Source of the DNA: Paludibacter propionicigenes
Lineage (GTDB): Bacteria > Bacteroidota > Bacteroidia > Bacteroidales > JAFGXI01
Assembly (NCBI GenBank): GCA_020721655.1
Contig: DYMG01000003.1
Location: forward strand, 1-57,804
DNA length: 57,804 bases
Direction: 5' to 3'
Shown here: one piece after another, positions 18,490-27,742 of the stretch
Layout: each line of letters begins with the position of its first letter
Position numbering within the stretch: position 1 is the stretch's first letter
The notes under the pieces: generated by a model
Told to the model about the DNA's origin: nothing
The model's input: the letters and a program-made list of their open reading frames with translations, nothing else
The model's database searches: none
Program-made: the position numbers and the translations under genes

Positions 18490-19779
18490 ATGAATTATTC
18501 CGAAACATTAGAATATATGTTTTCTAAATTGCCAATGTTTCAGAGAGTTGGAGATTCGGCATATAAAGCAAATTTACAAACATCAATAAATTTCGATAAT
18601 TTTTTAGAAAATCCACATAAGTCGTTTAAAACTATACATATAGCCGGAACTAACGGGAAGGGCTCAACATCGCACATGTTAGCGTCTATTTTGCAAGAAG
18701 CAGGTTATAAGGTGGGTTTATACACATCGCCACATTTAAAAAACTTTACCGAACGTATTAAAATTAATGGCATAGAAGTGGAGCAAAATTTTGTTGTTGC
18801 TTTTATCGAAAAAAATAAGCAATTTCTCGAAACTGAAAAACCATCTTTTTTTGAAATGACTGTTTTTATGGCATTTCAGTATTTTAAAGAAAAAAAAGTA
18901 GATGTTGCTGTAATTGAAGTTGGAATGGGGGGAAGGTTAGATTCTACAAACATAATAAAACCTCTGGTTTCGGTAATAACCAATATATCGTTAGACCATA
19001 CTGCATTTTTAGGAAATACTTTAGAAAAAATTGCGGTAGAAAAAGCTGGGATTATTAAATCGAATATTCCGGTAATTATTGGCGAAACACAACAAGAAAC
19101 AGAGCCCGTTTTTGTAGAATTTGCACAAAAACATAATTCAAATATAAGCTTTGCCGATAAATTATTTAATATCGATTATTCAACGCTGTCTATTGATAAT
19201 AAGCAAGTTGTAAATGTGAAAAGTAATTATGAAATAGTTTTTGAAAATCTTAAAATAGATTTGTTAGGAATATATCAGAAAAAAAATGTTTTAACAGTTT
19301 TGGCTACAATAAATGAATTGACTAAACAAAATTTTGAAATATCAACCGAAAATTTGAGAAATGGTTTAGCTAACATTGTTAAAAACACACAATTTGCAGG
19401 TAGATGGCAAATATTAGGAAATAACCCTCTAATTATTGCCGATACAGGTCATAACTATGCCGGAATAACTTGTGTTTTAGAGCAAATTAAAAATACAGCG
19501 TATAAAAAATTGCATTTCATTTTTGGCGTTGTAAACGATAAAGATGTTGATGAAATTTTAGCTAAATTACCAAAAAATGCAAACTATTATTTTACTCAAG
19601 CAAATATTCCAAGAGCTTTAAATTGCAATATTTTAGCAGAAAAAGCTGTAAATTTTGGGCTAAATGGAATTGTTATACCTGATGTTAAAACAGCTTTAAA
19701 AACAGCAAAAAAAATTGCTAAAAAACAAGATTTAATTTTTGTTGGTGGGAGCACTTTTGTAGTAGCCGAAGTTGTTTAA
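18490..19779 (+). CDS. folC: bifunctional folylpolyglutamate synthase / dihydrofolate synthase
   Basis: 429 aa with IHIAGTNGKGST (P-loop), EVGMGGRLDSTN and DHTAFLGNTLEKIAVEKAGI, Mur-ligase/FolC motifs. Confidence 0.92.
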   Translation: MNYSETLEYMFSKLPMFQRVGDSAYKANLQTSINFDNFLENPHKSFKTIHIAGTNGKGSTSHMLASILQEAGYKVGLYTSPHLKNFTERIKINGIEVEQNFVVAFIEKNKQFLETEKPSFFEMTVFMAFQYFKEKKVDVAVIEVGMGGRLDSTNIIKPLVSVITNISLDHTAFLGNTLEKIAVEKAGIIKSNIPVIIGETQQETEPVFVEFAQKHNSNISFADKLFNIDYSTLSIDNKQVVNVKSNYEIVFENLKIDLLGIYQKKNVLTVLATINELTKQNFEISTENLRNGLANIVKNTQFAGRWQILGNNPLIIADTGHNYAGITCVLEQIKNTAYKKLHFIFGVVNDKDVDEILAKLPKNANYYFTQANIPRALNCNILAEKAVNFGLNGIVIPDVKTALKTAKKIAKKQDLIFVGGSTFVVAEVV

Positions 19780-19793
19780 AATTAAAGTTGCAA

Positions 19794-20573
19794 TTATTCA
19801 ACTTCGTTCATTGATATTGTTGCTGCTACAACCGAAATAATTGAAATAAATCCAGCTAAAGTTGTTCCTAAAAACGGAACAAGTAAAAATATGGAAAAAA
19901 CTACCCCATTTCCAATAGCAACGCCTTTTCTGCTATAAATTAAAGTTACACTTTGTTTTATATTTCGCTTATATCTTTCGTTACTGTAATCTAAAAACGA
20001 AAACCCATAAAAATACGATGAAATAAAGAATAAAATAATAGGCGAAATTATAGCAATAAGCCAACCAATAATAGGCAATAATGTTAAAATAAAGAAAAAC
20101 AATATTATACCTATTTCAATACTCATATTTCTTATGGCTAAAATAATACCTCTAACCATATCTCTCATTGTTTGTTCTGCCGAAAATGGATAGTTTTTCC
20201 CGGTTAATATTTTATCGGTTTTTTCTGAAATAATTGCTAATATTGGAGACATTAGTATTAAAACTAAATATCCGCCAATGTAGGTAAATAAGAAAAAGAA
20301 AATAATTTTAAACAAAAGCCAAATAATACCCGATGTTAGAAATTTTAACACACTACTTCCAAAAAAAGCAGCATTATTTAAACCGGAAGAATCGAATATT
20401 AGATTTTTTAAATAAGTTGTAATCCAATCTAAAACTTCAATTCCGCTCCAAAACAAAATAATATTTATGACTATAGGAAAAATAAAAAACCAAGCCAGTC
20501 CATTAGAAAAAATTATGTCTAAAGCCTTACCGTAGGTTTTTATTCCTAAACCAAAATCTTTTGAAAAACTCAT
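19794..20573 (-). CDS. EI24 (CysZ-like) domain membrane protein
   Basis: 259 aa with multiple TM helices. The N-terminus (DFGLGIKTYGKALDIIFSNGLAWFF) resembles Bacteroidota EI24-domain proteins as I recall them. Confidence 0.65.
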   Translation of the reverse strand: MSFSKDFGLGIKTYGKALDIIFSNGLAWFFIFPIVINIILFWSGIEVLDWITTYLKNLIFDSSGLNNAAFFGSSVLKFLTSGIIWLLFKIIFFFLFTYIGGYLVLILMSPILAIISEKTDKILTGKNYPFSAEQTMRDMVRGIILAIRNMSIEIGIILFFFILTLLPIIGWLIAIISPIILFFISSYFYGFSFLDYSNERYKRNIKQSVTLIYSRKGVAIGNGVVFSIFLLVPFLGTTLAGFISIISVVAATISMNEVE

Positions 20574-20639
20574 TTTGTAAAGATATAATTTTGAAAAACT
20601 TTAAAAAATAATTTTTTAAACAGTAAAATTTATTTGTTG

Positions 20640-22913
20640 TTAATTTATAAATAAAATTTTAGTAACAAAAGTTTTGTCACCTTCTTCGTTTGAGCAAAAC
20701 GCTAAATAAACGCCTGTTTTAACTCTTTCTCCGTCGAAATTTTTGCCATTCCAAATAGCTTGCCCACCTTCAGCTTTGGTTTCAAAAACAATATTTCCGC
20801 TTATGTCGGTTATTTTCACGTTTGCATTTGTAACTAAGCCATTTATTGCAATAACTCCATTGTAGTCGTGCGGAACAGGGTTTGGATAAGCGTAAACATT
20901 TGTGTAAAATTCATTTCCTTCGGTAGCAGTTCCTTTGTAAGAAATTAAACCTTTTTCGGTTCCAATAAATATTTCGCCAGAAATGTCGTTTATAGAAATG
21001 CTAACTATTTCGTTTGATAATATGGGACTGTTTTCTGTGCTAAAATGTTTAAGTTCTTTAGTGCCATCGGCAGAAATTTGGTAAACTCCTGAATATTTTG
21101 TTCCAATCCATTTAGAATTATTTCCATCAATAGCAATAGCTGTAATTTCTTCTGTTTCAAGTAAATATTGTGGAATTCCGTTTTGTTCAATAATAACTCT
21201 TTGTCCGGTATAAGTACCTTCGTTAAAAACTTCTTTTGGATAAAAATAAGTAACAACTCCTTTCGTTGTTCCAACCCAAATTGCACCATCTTTATCTTCT
21301 GCAATACAAATTGGTTCGCTCGAAACTACATTACCTGTTTCGTCCAAAACTGAAAATTTTTTAAAAGAGTCATCGTTTGTGTTTTCAAAAGTTCCTTTGT
21401 CGTCGAATGCAAAAAGTCCTACACGTGGTAAAATAGCCCATTTAACGTCGTCTTTTGTAATTATCATATTGCCAATTTTGCCAACACCTGTTTTTTCTGA
21501 ATAATTTAACGGATGCCATTTATTGTCTGATGTTTTTACGTAAAATTGATTGGTTACAGCGGTAAGCGATATCCAAACTTGGTTTTTACTATCTTGAGAA
21601 ACGCTTGCCACATAATTTGTTACAGCTCCAGGCCATGGGTTGTCGAAATTCGTGAAAACCGTATCTTGCACTCCATTTATAACCTGAACTACGCCGCCAC
21701 TATACGATGCAAAATATGCTTTTGATGAGTTTTCTCTATCAATTTGAACATCGGTAAGGTCAGTTAAATATGAACCTGTGGCTTTTTTGTTTATCCAATA
21801 GTTGTTTTCGAAGTTCATCATATAGGGAGCTTTGTATTGAGGGTCCCAAATATTTGTAAAGCCACCTTGAACACCCCAAAGCTTTCCTTCAAAAATATCC
21901 ATTCTGTAGAAAGTGTTAGTTGCTGGTCCGTTTGGTTTAATTTGTTGGGCTAATGAGTTGGTAATTTTAACTAATGATGAATAATAATCGGCTGAATAAT
22001 ATACATTGTTTTTAATAATAGCATCACGTATGCTTGTGTTTTGTGTACCCCAATTGTAATTGTATTCTGAAATACTTTGAGTTAAATTATCATTGTTATC
22101 TAAAATATTAAGTTTGTTGTCGTTGCAAATTAGCAGACTGTTATTTTGTGCTTTTATACTGTAATATAATGTAGCTTCAAAGGGTTCAATAACCGACCAT
22201 ATATCGTTATTTAGCTTGTGCAAAATATTTAAACTCGATTTTTCTACTGCATATATTGAATTGTTAAATGTTTCTATTAGCGAGTATTCTGTATTTGAAG
22301 GTATGTCGATTATTTTGTCCCAATTTTCGTAAAAAGCTAAATTAGAATTGTTTACATCTGCTTTGTAAATACCGTCTTCTGATGCCGCATAAAAATAATT
22401 ATTTAAAACTGCTAAATCGTTAACTGCAATTTGTGAACTATTTTCTCCAATAAAATAGGTGTCGGTAATTTCAGCTTTTTTATAATCAATTTTAACAATA
22501 CCAAAACCGCACGATAAATAAGCGTATGAATTGTAAAAATAGATATCGTTTATTTTTTTTAAACCGTAGAGTTGTTTTTGTTTTATGTAAGGTATGTTGT
22601 ATATTGTTTTACCAATAATTATATCAATATTTCCGTTATCGTAGCCTATTATTAAAGTATTTTCAAAATAATTTGCAGTGGTAATATTTACATCTGAAAG
22701 ACCATCAACTTTCGATAAATTTTCGCAACTATTATCGGTTGTGTTGAAAAAAAACATGCCATTGTTTGTAATGCAGTATACACGATTGCCGGCATCAATT
22801 ACTTTTAGTCCGTTATTGTATGTAGAATGTATTCGCCAATCCCCAATTGCAATTTGTGAATAATTATTTAGGTATATAAATAATAATGAAATAAATATTA
22901 ATTTTTTATACAT
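20640..22913 (-). CDS. T9SS-sorted double beta-propeller protein, PorZ-like
   Basis: 757 aa with a signal peptide (IFISLLFIYLNNYSQ). Long two-component-regulator-propeller-like repeats precede a type-A T9SS CTD (VYAYPNPVPHDYNGVIAINGL...VTKILFIN). Size and architecture match PorZ, but the orthology is unverified. Confidence 0.6.
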   Translation of the reverse strand: MYKKLIFISLLFIYLNNYSQIAIGDWRIHSTYNNGLKVIDAGNRVYCITNNGMFFFNTTDNSCENLSKVDGLSDVNITTANYFENTLIIGYDNGNIDIIIGKTIYNIPYIKQKQLYGLKKINDIYFYNSYAYLSCGFGIVKIDYKKAEITDTYFIGENSSQIAVNDLAVLNNYFYAASEDGIYKADVNNSNLAFYENWDKIIDIPSNTEYSLIETFNNSIYAVEKSSLNILHKLNNDIWSVIEPFEATLYYSIKAQNNSLLICNDNKLNILDNNDNLTQSISEYNYNWGTQNTSIRDAIIKNNVYYSADYYSSLVKITNSLAQQIKPNGPATNTFYRMDIFEGKLWGVQGGFTNIWDPQYKAPYMMNFENNYWINKKATGSYLTDLTDVQIDRENSSKAYFASYSGGVVQVINGVQDTVFTNFDNPWPGAVTNYVASVSQDSKNQVWISLTAVTNQFYVKTSDNKWHPLNYSEKTGVGKIGNMIITKDDVKWAILPRVGLFAFDDKGTFENTNDDSFKKFSVLDETGNVVSSEPICIAEDKDGAIWVGTTKGVVTYFYPKEVFNEGTYTGQRVIIEQNGIPQYLLETEEITAIAIDGNNSKWIGTKYSGVYQISADGTKELKHFSTENSPILSNEIVSISINDISGEIFIGTEKGLISYKGTATEGNEFYTNVYAYPNPVPHDYNGVIAINGLVTNANVKITDISGNIVFETKAEGGQAIWNGKNFDGERVKTGVYLAFCSNEEGDKTFVTKILFIN

Positions 22914-22962
22914 TAATCACTTTTTAAAAATTTTAATATAAACACAAATTTGTTGCGTTTTA

Positions 22963-22994
22963 TTGTTATTGCAAAAATAATATTTTTAAATTTG
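22963..22994 (+). promoter_or_regulatory. promoter (TTG-N21-TAAATTTG) for rlmH
   Basis: Perfect TAnnTTTG at 22987-22994 and TTG at 22963-22965, upstream of the ATG at 23033. Confidence 0.4.
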
Positions 22995-23032
22995 GTAAAA
23001 TCATTTTTAACAAATATAAATACTTAAAATAA

Positions 23033-23506
23033 ATGAATATTTCTTTAATATTAGTAGGTAAAACCGATTTAGAGTATATTAAAAATGGTATAGAAATTTT
23101 TGTTGGTAGATTGTCGCATTATATAAATTTTGATATTAAAGTCATTACTGATATAAAAAACAAGAAAAATTTGAGCTTAGAAAACCAAAAAAATGAAGAA
23201 GGAGTTTTAATAATAAAAAATCTGAATAAAGACGATTTTATTGTTTTATTAGATGAAAATGGAACAACTTATTCGTCTGAACTTTTTGCCGAATATATAA
23301 ATAGTAAAATGATTTCTGGAATAAAACGCTTGGTTTTTATTGTTGGCGGACCTTATGGCTTTTCAAATGAAGTGTATAAAATTGCAAATCAAAAAATTTC
23401 GCTATCAAAAATGACTTTTTCACACCAAATGGTGCGACTTATTTTTATAGAACAATTGTATAGGGCTTTTACTATTCTTAATAATGAACCTTATCATCAT
23501 AAATAA
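23033..23506 (+). CDS. rlmH: 23S rRNA (pseudouridine1915-N3)-methyltransferase
   Basis: 157 aa, SPOUT family. LDENGTTYSSELFAEY, VFIVGGPYGFS and SLSKMTFSHQMVRLIFIEQLYRA are RlmH motifs. Confidence 0.95.
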   Translation: MNISLILVGKTDLEYIKNGIEIFVGRLSHYINFDIKVITDIKNKKNLSLENQKNEEGVLIIKNLNKDDFIVLLDENGTTYSSELFAEYINSKMISGIKRLVFIVGGPYGFSNEVYKIANQKISLSKMTFSHQMVRLIFIEQLYRAFTILNNEPYHHK

Positions 23507-23539
23507 TTGGTAAATAATTGATAATTAATTATTAAATAG

Positions 23540-23547
23540 TATATTTG
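23540..23547 (+). promoter_or_regulatory. -7 promoter box TATATTTG for the cytoplasmic histidine kinase
   Basis: Perfect TAnnTTTG match 16 nt upstream of the ATG at 23564. Confidence 0.4.
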
Positions 23548-23563
23548 TACTAAACAACCTATA

Positions 23564-25867
23564 ATGTTAATTGACAAATACAAAATATTGGAAAATGATA
23601 GCTGGAATTACGTTTCTAGTAGTCAGAATTATAGCCATAAAACAAGAAAAATAGGTAATGATATTATAGAAATTACGGCTTTTGGAAATTTTTATAACGA
23701 TGAGGAAATAAATTTTGCTATTTCTGAAATTGAACGGGTTGTTTCTGAATGTGTAGGAGAGAATGAGTATTATTTAATCCATAACTATAAAGAATTTAAT
23801 AACTATTCGGTTTCAGTAAAATTAAAATATGCAAAATGGATAACTAAAAACACAAATAAACTAAAAGGAATTTTATTTTATAACATATCTTTAACAAACG
23901 AAATTCAAATAAAATCGGGTAAACTTTTTTCGCCAAAATTAAAAGACGTGAAAATATTCGACAGTTTAAACGATGTATTGGTATTTATTGAAAAACAAAC
24001 CCAATTAATTAATTCGGTAAATTACATTAAAGGAGTTGATGTAATTGTTTCTGATTTTACATTTTATAGAATTTTTGAACTAAAAGGTTCGGTAAACTCT
24101 TCAAATATTGATGAACTTATTGCTTTTATAGTTAGTAATTTAAAGAATAATTATATTCCATCAAAACAGATTTGTTCAATTTTCAACCTAAATAATCTAA
24201 TAGGTACACCGTTTTTATACCATAAAAAACTATTCGGAACATTAAGTTTATTCGAAATTTGTGATGTAATAATGGTTTTTTCTGGAAAATTGCCAAAATT
24301 TCGAAACTTGGTAAAAACATATTACTCCAACTTAAAAATAATATGTTTCGATAACAATGAACAAGCTGTTGAATATTTAGTAAATAAAAAAAAGAACAAA
24401 CTATTTGAAGAGCTAAATGTTGAGAATTTTAAAATAAACAACATAACATATAAAATAAAAACATCGGAAAAATTAATACTGCAACTTCCTGACGATAAAT
24501 TGTATATAAATGAGTTGGTAAACGATAATATTATAGTGGCAAAATTAATTGGTAAAGCGAGGTTTGAAAAAATAGACTTAGAAAAAATTAATATCCAATT
24601 AGAAAACGTTGTAGTAAATTACTTAGTAAACAAACCAATTTGGCTTTTTATCGATTTAGAACAATTAGCAGAAATTACAGTAGTTGCACGAAAAGAGTTT
24701 TTTAATTGGGTAATAAAATATTCTGATAATATTGAATATATTGTAGCATATAATTTAAACAGCGTACTTTATATAATAGCAAAATTTTTAGTAAGCATTT
24801 TAAACAATAAAGTTAAAGTTAAAATAGCATCAAATTTTAATGAAGCACTTTTGTTTTATAGCAATATTTTTGAAAATAAAGTTGAGAACACTAATCAAGA
24901 AATAAAATTAAATGAAACAGCATCAAAAAAAGATTTGCTTAACTATATAAATTTTCTTGAAAACGAAAATTACAAAATAAAACAAACGCAAGAAGAAGCC
25001 ATAAGTAAGCTGTTCAATATTTACGGTCGCATTTCGTGGGACGTAGATTATGAAATAGATAAAAACGCTTTTCAAAAAAACGATTCATTTTACAACTTAT
25101 ATTTACTTGCCGAAATGTTACATAAAGACATTTTGCACATGTTAAGACTTAAAGATAACTTAATTTTAAAAGCAAGAGAATCTGACATATTAAAAAGTGC
25201 TTTTCTCTCGAATATGAGCCACGAAATTAGAACTCCACTAAACAGTATAATTGGATTTACTAGTTTGCTTTTAGAATACAATAATTTAAGCGAAGATGTT
25301 ATAAAATATTTAAATATAATTGATAAAAGTAGTAATCAATTACTAAACTTAATAAATGATGTTATTGATATATCTAAAATTGAGGCAGGACAAATAGAAG
25401 TGGATATATTAAAATTTAATATAAATAACTTATTAAATGATGTTTATGCACTTTTTGAAAAGCAAGCACAAGATAAATATCTGAAATTTGAAATTATACA
25501 AAACGAAACAAATGAAATTAATATTTATTCGGATATCGATAAAATAAGGCAAATTCTAATTAATTTAATAGGAAACGCAATAAAATTTACAGAAAAAGGA
25601 TTTGTTCAATTTGGTTATAAAATTAAACACGGAACAGTAATATTCTCTGTATTAGACTCTGGAATTGGACTAACAGAAACCGAAAGATTAATAGTTTTTG
25701 ACAGATTTAAACAAGCTGATAGCTCTATAACACGAGCTTACGGAGGTTCTGGCTTGGGATTAGCTATATCTAAAGCTCTTGTTGAAATTTTAGAAGGGAA
25801 AATTTGGGTAAATTCCGAAAAAAATAAAGGCTCAGAATTTCATTTTGAAATTCCATTAATAAAATAA
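23564..25867 (+). CDS. soluble sensor histidine kinase with three N-terminal STAS-like modules
   Basis: 767 aa with no hydrophobic helices. It has an H-box (FLSNMSHEIRTPLNSIIGF), an N-box (NLIGNAIKFT), G1 (DSGIGL) and G2 (GGSGLGLAISKAL). The N-terminal ~440 aa form three similar ~140-aa modules. There is no receiver domain. Confidence 0.85.
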   Translation: MLIDKYKILENDSWNYVSSSQNYSHKTRKIGNDIIEITAFGNFYNDEEINFAISEIERVVSECVGENEYYLIHNYKEFNNYSVSVKLKYAKWITKNTNKLKGILFYNISLTNEIQIKSGKLFSPKLKDVKIFDSLNDVLVFIEKQTQLINSVNYIKGVDVIVSDFTFYRIFELKGSVNSSNIDELIAFIVSNLKNNYIPSKQICSIFNLNNLIGTPFLYHKKLFGTLSLFEICDVIMVFSGKLPKFRNLVKTYYSNLKIICFDNNEQAVEYLVNKKKNKLFEELNVENFKINNITYKIKTSEKLILQLPDDKLYINELVNDNIIVAKLIGKARFEKIDLEKINIQLENVVVNYLVNKPIWLFIDLEQLAEITVVARKEFFNWVIKYSDNIEYIVAYNLNSVLYIIAKFLVSILNNKVKVKIASNFNEALLFYSNIFENKVENTNQEIKLNETASKKDLLNYINFLENENYKIKQTQEEAISKLFNIYGRISWDVDYEIDKNAFQKNDSFYNLYLLAEMLHKDILHMLRLKDNLILKARESDILKSAFLSNMSHEIRTPLNSIIGFTSLLLEYNNLSEDVIKYLNIIDKSSNQLLNLINDVIDISKIEAGQIEVDILKFNINNLLNDVYALFEKQAQDKYLKFEIIQNETNEINIYSDIDKIRQILINLIGNAIKFTEKGFVQFGYKIKHGTVIFSVLDSGIGLTETERLIVFDRFKQADSSITRAYGGSGLGLAISKALVEILEGKIWVNSEKNKGSEFHFEIPLIK

Positions 25868-25889
25868 AAAAAGGAAGCCGAAACTTCCT
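25865..25889 (-). terminator. intrinsic terminator after the DUF2795 gene
   Basis: AGGAAG (25872-25877) pairs with CTTCCT (25884-25889) around a 6-nt loop. On the minus strand the hairpin is followed by T7, which overlaps the kinase stop codon. Confidence 0.5.
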
Positions 25890-25894
25890 CTCTA

Positions 25895-26116
25895 CTAATA
25901 TTCATCTTCATTAAAAAAGAAATCATCTTTACTCGGATAATCTGGCCAAATATCCTCAATACTATCATAAATGTCTCCTTCATCTTCAATTTCCTGAAGA
26001 TTTTCAATCACCTCCAATGGAGCCCCTGATCTTATTGCAAAATCAATCAATTCTTCTTTGGTAGCAGGCCAAGGTGCATCTTCTAATTTTGAGGCTAATT
26101 CAAGTGTCCAATACAT
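25895..26116 (-). CDS. DUF2795 domain-containing protein
   Basis: 73 aa. WPATKEELIDFAIRSGAPLEVIENLQ is the characteristic DUF2795 core, followed by an acidic tail. Confidence 0.8.
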   Translation of the reverse strand: MYWTLELASKLEDAPWPATKEELIDFAIRSGAPLEVIENLQEIEDEGDIYDSIEDIWPDYPSKDDFFFNEDEY

Positions 26117-26245
26117 AACGTTACATTTGTTGGTTTATAAATTTTTCGTGCGAAAGTAATAAAATTAATTCAACTATATTTAGTTTTAAAAATTAAATAT
26201 CAACAATATTTAAACAATTCTGCTTTCATTAAATAAATTAATAGT

Positions 26246-26253
26246 TACATTTG
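26246..26253 (+). promoter_or_regulatory. -7 promoter box TACATTTG for the GT2 gene
   Basis: Perfect TAnnTTTG match 25 nt upstream of the ATG at 26279. A second identical box lies at 26121-26128. Confidence 0.4.
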
Positions 26254-26278
26254 CTAAACAAATGAGTATTGTTGAAAA

Positions 26279-27169
26279 ATGCTAAGTATATGTATTCCTA
26301 TATATAATTTTGATGTTTCTTTATTAGTTACAGAACTGCTAAAACAAATAGAAATAACAAAACACCCAGCAGAAATTATTTTAATTGACGATTTTTCTAA
26401 CAATAATTTTAAGGAAATAAATAGAAAAAATATAGAAAATACCATTTACATTGAGCTTGACGAAAATATTGGTAGAGCCAAAATTAGAAATCTGTTTTTA
26501 AAATATGCAAAATACGATTTCTTGCTTTTTATAGATTGTGATTCGCAAATTGTAACTTCAGATATAATTTCTAAATATCTCGAAATAATTAAACAAAATC
26601 CATCAGTTGTTTGTGGCGGAAGTATTTACGATAAAAATAAACCTTCAAGAAATAAACTACTACGATGGAAATATGGAATACAAAAAGAAAGTCAAACGCA
26701 AGAGCTCCGAAACAAATTTCCTAACAAATCGTTTATGACAAACAATTTCCTAATTAAAAAACAATTGTTTGAAAAAATTAATTTCGACGAAAGCATTACA
26801 AAATATGGGCACGAAGACACTCTATTTGGTTATTCCTTAAAAAAAGCTAATATTCCGGTTATTCATATCAACAATCCATTACTTAATGCAGACATAGATA
26901 CAAATGTTGAATATTTGAACAAAACAAAACAAGGAATTTCTAATTTAGTTAATATTTTAAAAATAGTTGAGTTCGATAAAGAGTTTATAAACGATATTTC
27001 AATATTGGCTTTTTACTACAAAATAAAACCAATAAGCAATATTATTTACATAATATTTAAAATTAAAAAACCATTTATACATTACTTGCTATCAAAAGGA
27101 TATGTTAGTTTAACAATGTTCAATTTTTATAAATTGGGACTATTTATCGAAAAAATGAGAAAAATATAA
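26279..27169 (+). CDS. glycosyltransferase family 2
   Basis: 296 aa with LSICIPIYNF, an IILIDDFS (DxD-type) motif, and FIDCDS and HEDTLFG motifs of GT-A fold GT2 enzymes. Confidence 0.85.
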   Translation: MLSICIPIYNFDVSLLVTELLKQIEITKHPAEIILIDDFSNNNFKEINRKNIENTIYIELDENIGRAKIRNLFLKYAKYDFLLFIDCDSQIVTSDIISKYLEIIKQNPSVVCGGSIYDKNKPSRNKLLRWKYGIQKESQTQELRNKFPNKSFMTNNFLIKKQLFEKINFDESITKYGHEDTLFGYSLKKANIPVIHINNPLLNADIDTNVEYLNKTKQGISNLVNILKIVEFDKEFINDISILAFYYKIKPISNIIYIIFKIKKPFIHYLLSKGYVSLTMFNFYKLGLFIEKMRKI

Positions 27170-27674
27170 GTGTCAAAATAGCCAAAAATTCAACAATAGC
27201 AATAAAAATAATAATATTCGATGTTTTTGATGTTTTATTTATCGGAAAAATAATTTCCGAAATTTGTTCAGTCTCCATATTTAGAAGTAATACTCCATCA
27301 TTTTTTATAAACATATAATATTCAAGTATTTGTCTGCGTGTGTTTCTATTGGTAATTTTAGGCGAATCAATACCCGATTTTACTTCAACAATATATTTTT
27401 TATTATTTTTATAAACAATATAATCTGTTTCAATTGTAATTTTTTTCTTTTCAGAATTTTCGGTTAAATAATAGCTAAACTCCTCATTATGAGACATTAT
27501 TTTGTAACCATGATTTTCTAAGAATTTTTTCGCTAAATTTTCTTTTTCAAAACCTCGTTTTAGTTGTTGCCTAATTCTTTTATTTATTAAGAATTGTTTA
27601 TATTTACCTTTTAAGTATAAAAAAGTAATAAAAAACAGTAAAACTATAACGAAAAATTCTAACAAGTAATGCAT
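27144..27674 (-). CDS. membrane-anchored PD-(D/E)xK (YraN/Mrr-like) nuclease-fold protein
   Basis: 176 aa with an N-terminal TM (LLEFFVIVLLFFITFLYL). Nuclease-fold elements follow: an EKENLAKKFLENHGYKI helix, ETDYIV (D), KYIVEVKSG (ExK) and RRQILEY. A C-terminal TM (IIIFIAIVEFLAILTLIFFSFF) closes it. The fold call is motif-based only. Confidence 0.55.
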   Translation of the reverse strand: MHYLLEFFVIVLLFFITFLYLKGKYKQFLINKRIRQQLKRGFEKENLAKKFLENHGYKIMSHNEEFSYYLTENSEKKKITIETDYIVYKNNKKYIVEVKSGIDSPKITNRNTRRQILEYYMFIKNDGVLLLNMETEQISEIIFPINKTSKTSNIIIFIAIVEFLAILTLIFFSFFR

Positions 27675-27721
27675 AAAAATAAAATGTTTAAGTAAAAATA
27701 ACTATTTATACACAATTAGTT

Positions 27722-27729
27722 TATTTTTG
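27722..27729 (+). promoter_or_regulatory. -7 promoter box TATTTTTG for the usp gene
   Basis: Perfect TAnnTTTG match 13 nt upstream of the ATG at 27743. Confidence 0.4.
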
Positions 27730-27742
27730 TAAAAATTAATTT

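Noticed and set aside
21005-21304. 99-aa same-strand alternative-frame ORF inside the PorZ-like gene
   Set aside because: It is fully nested in a 757-codon frame with coherent propeller repeats and a CTD. The alternative frame is K/L/Q-rich filler.
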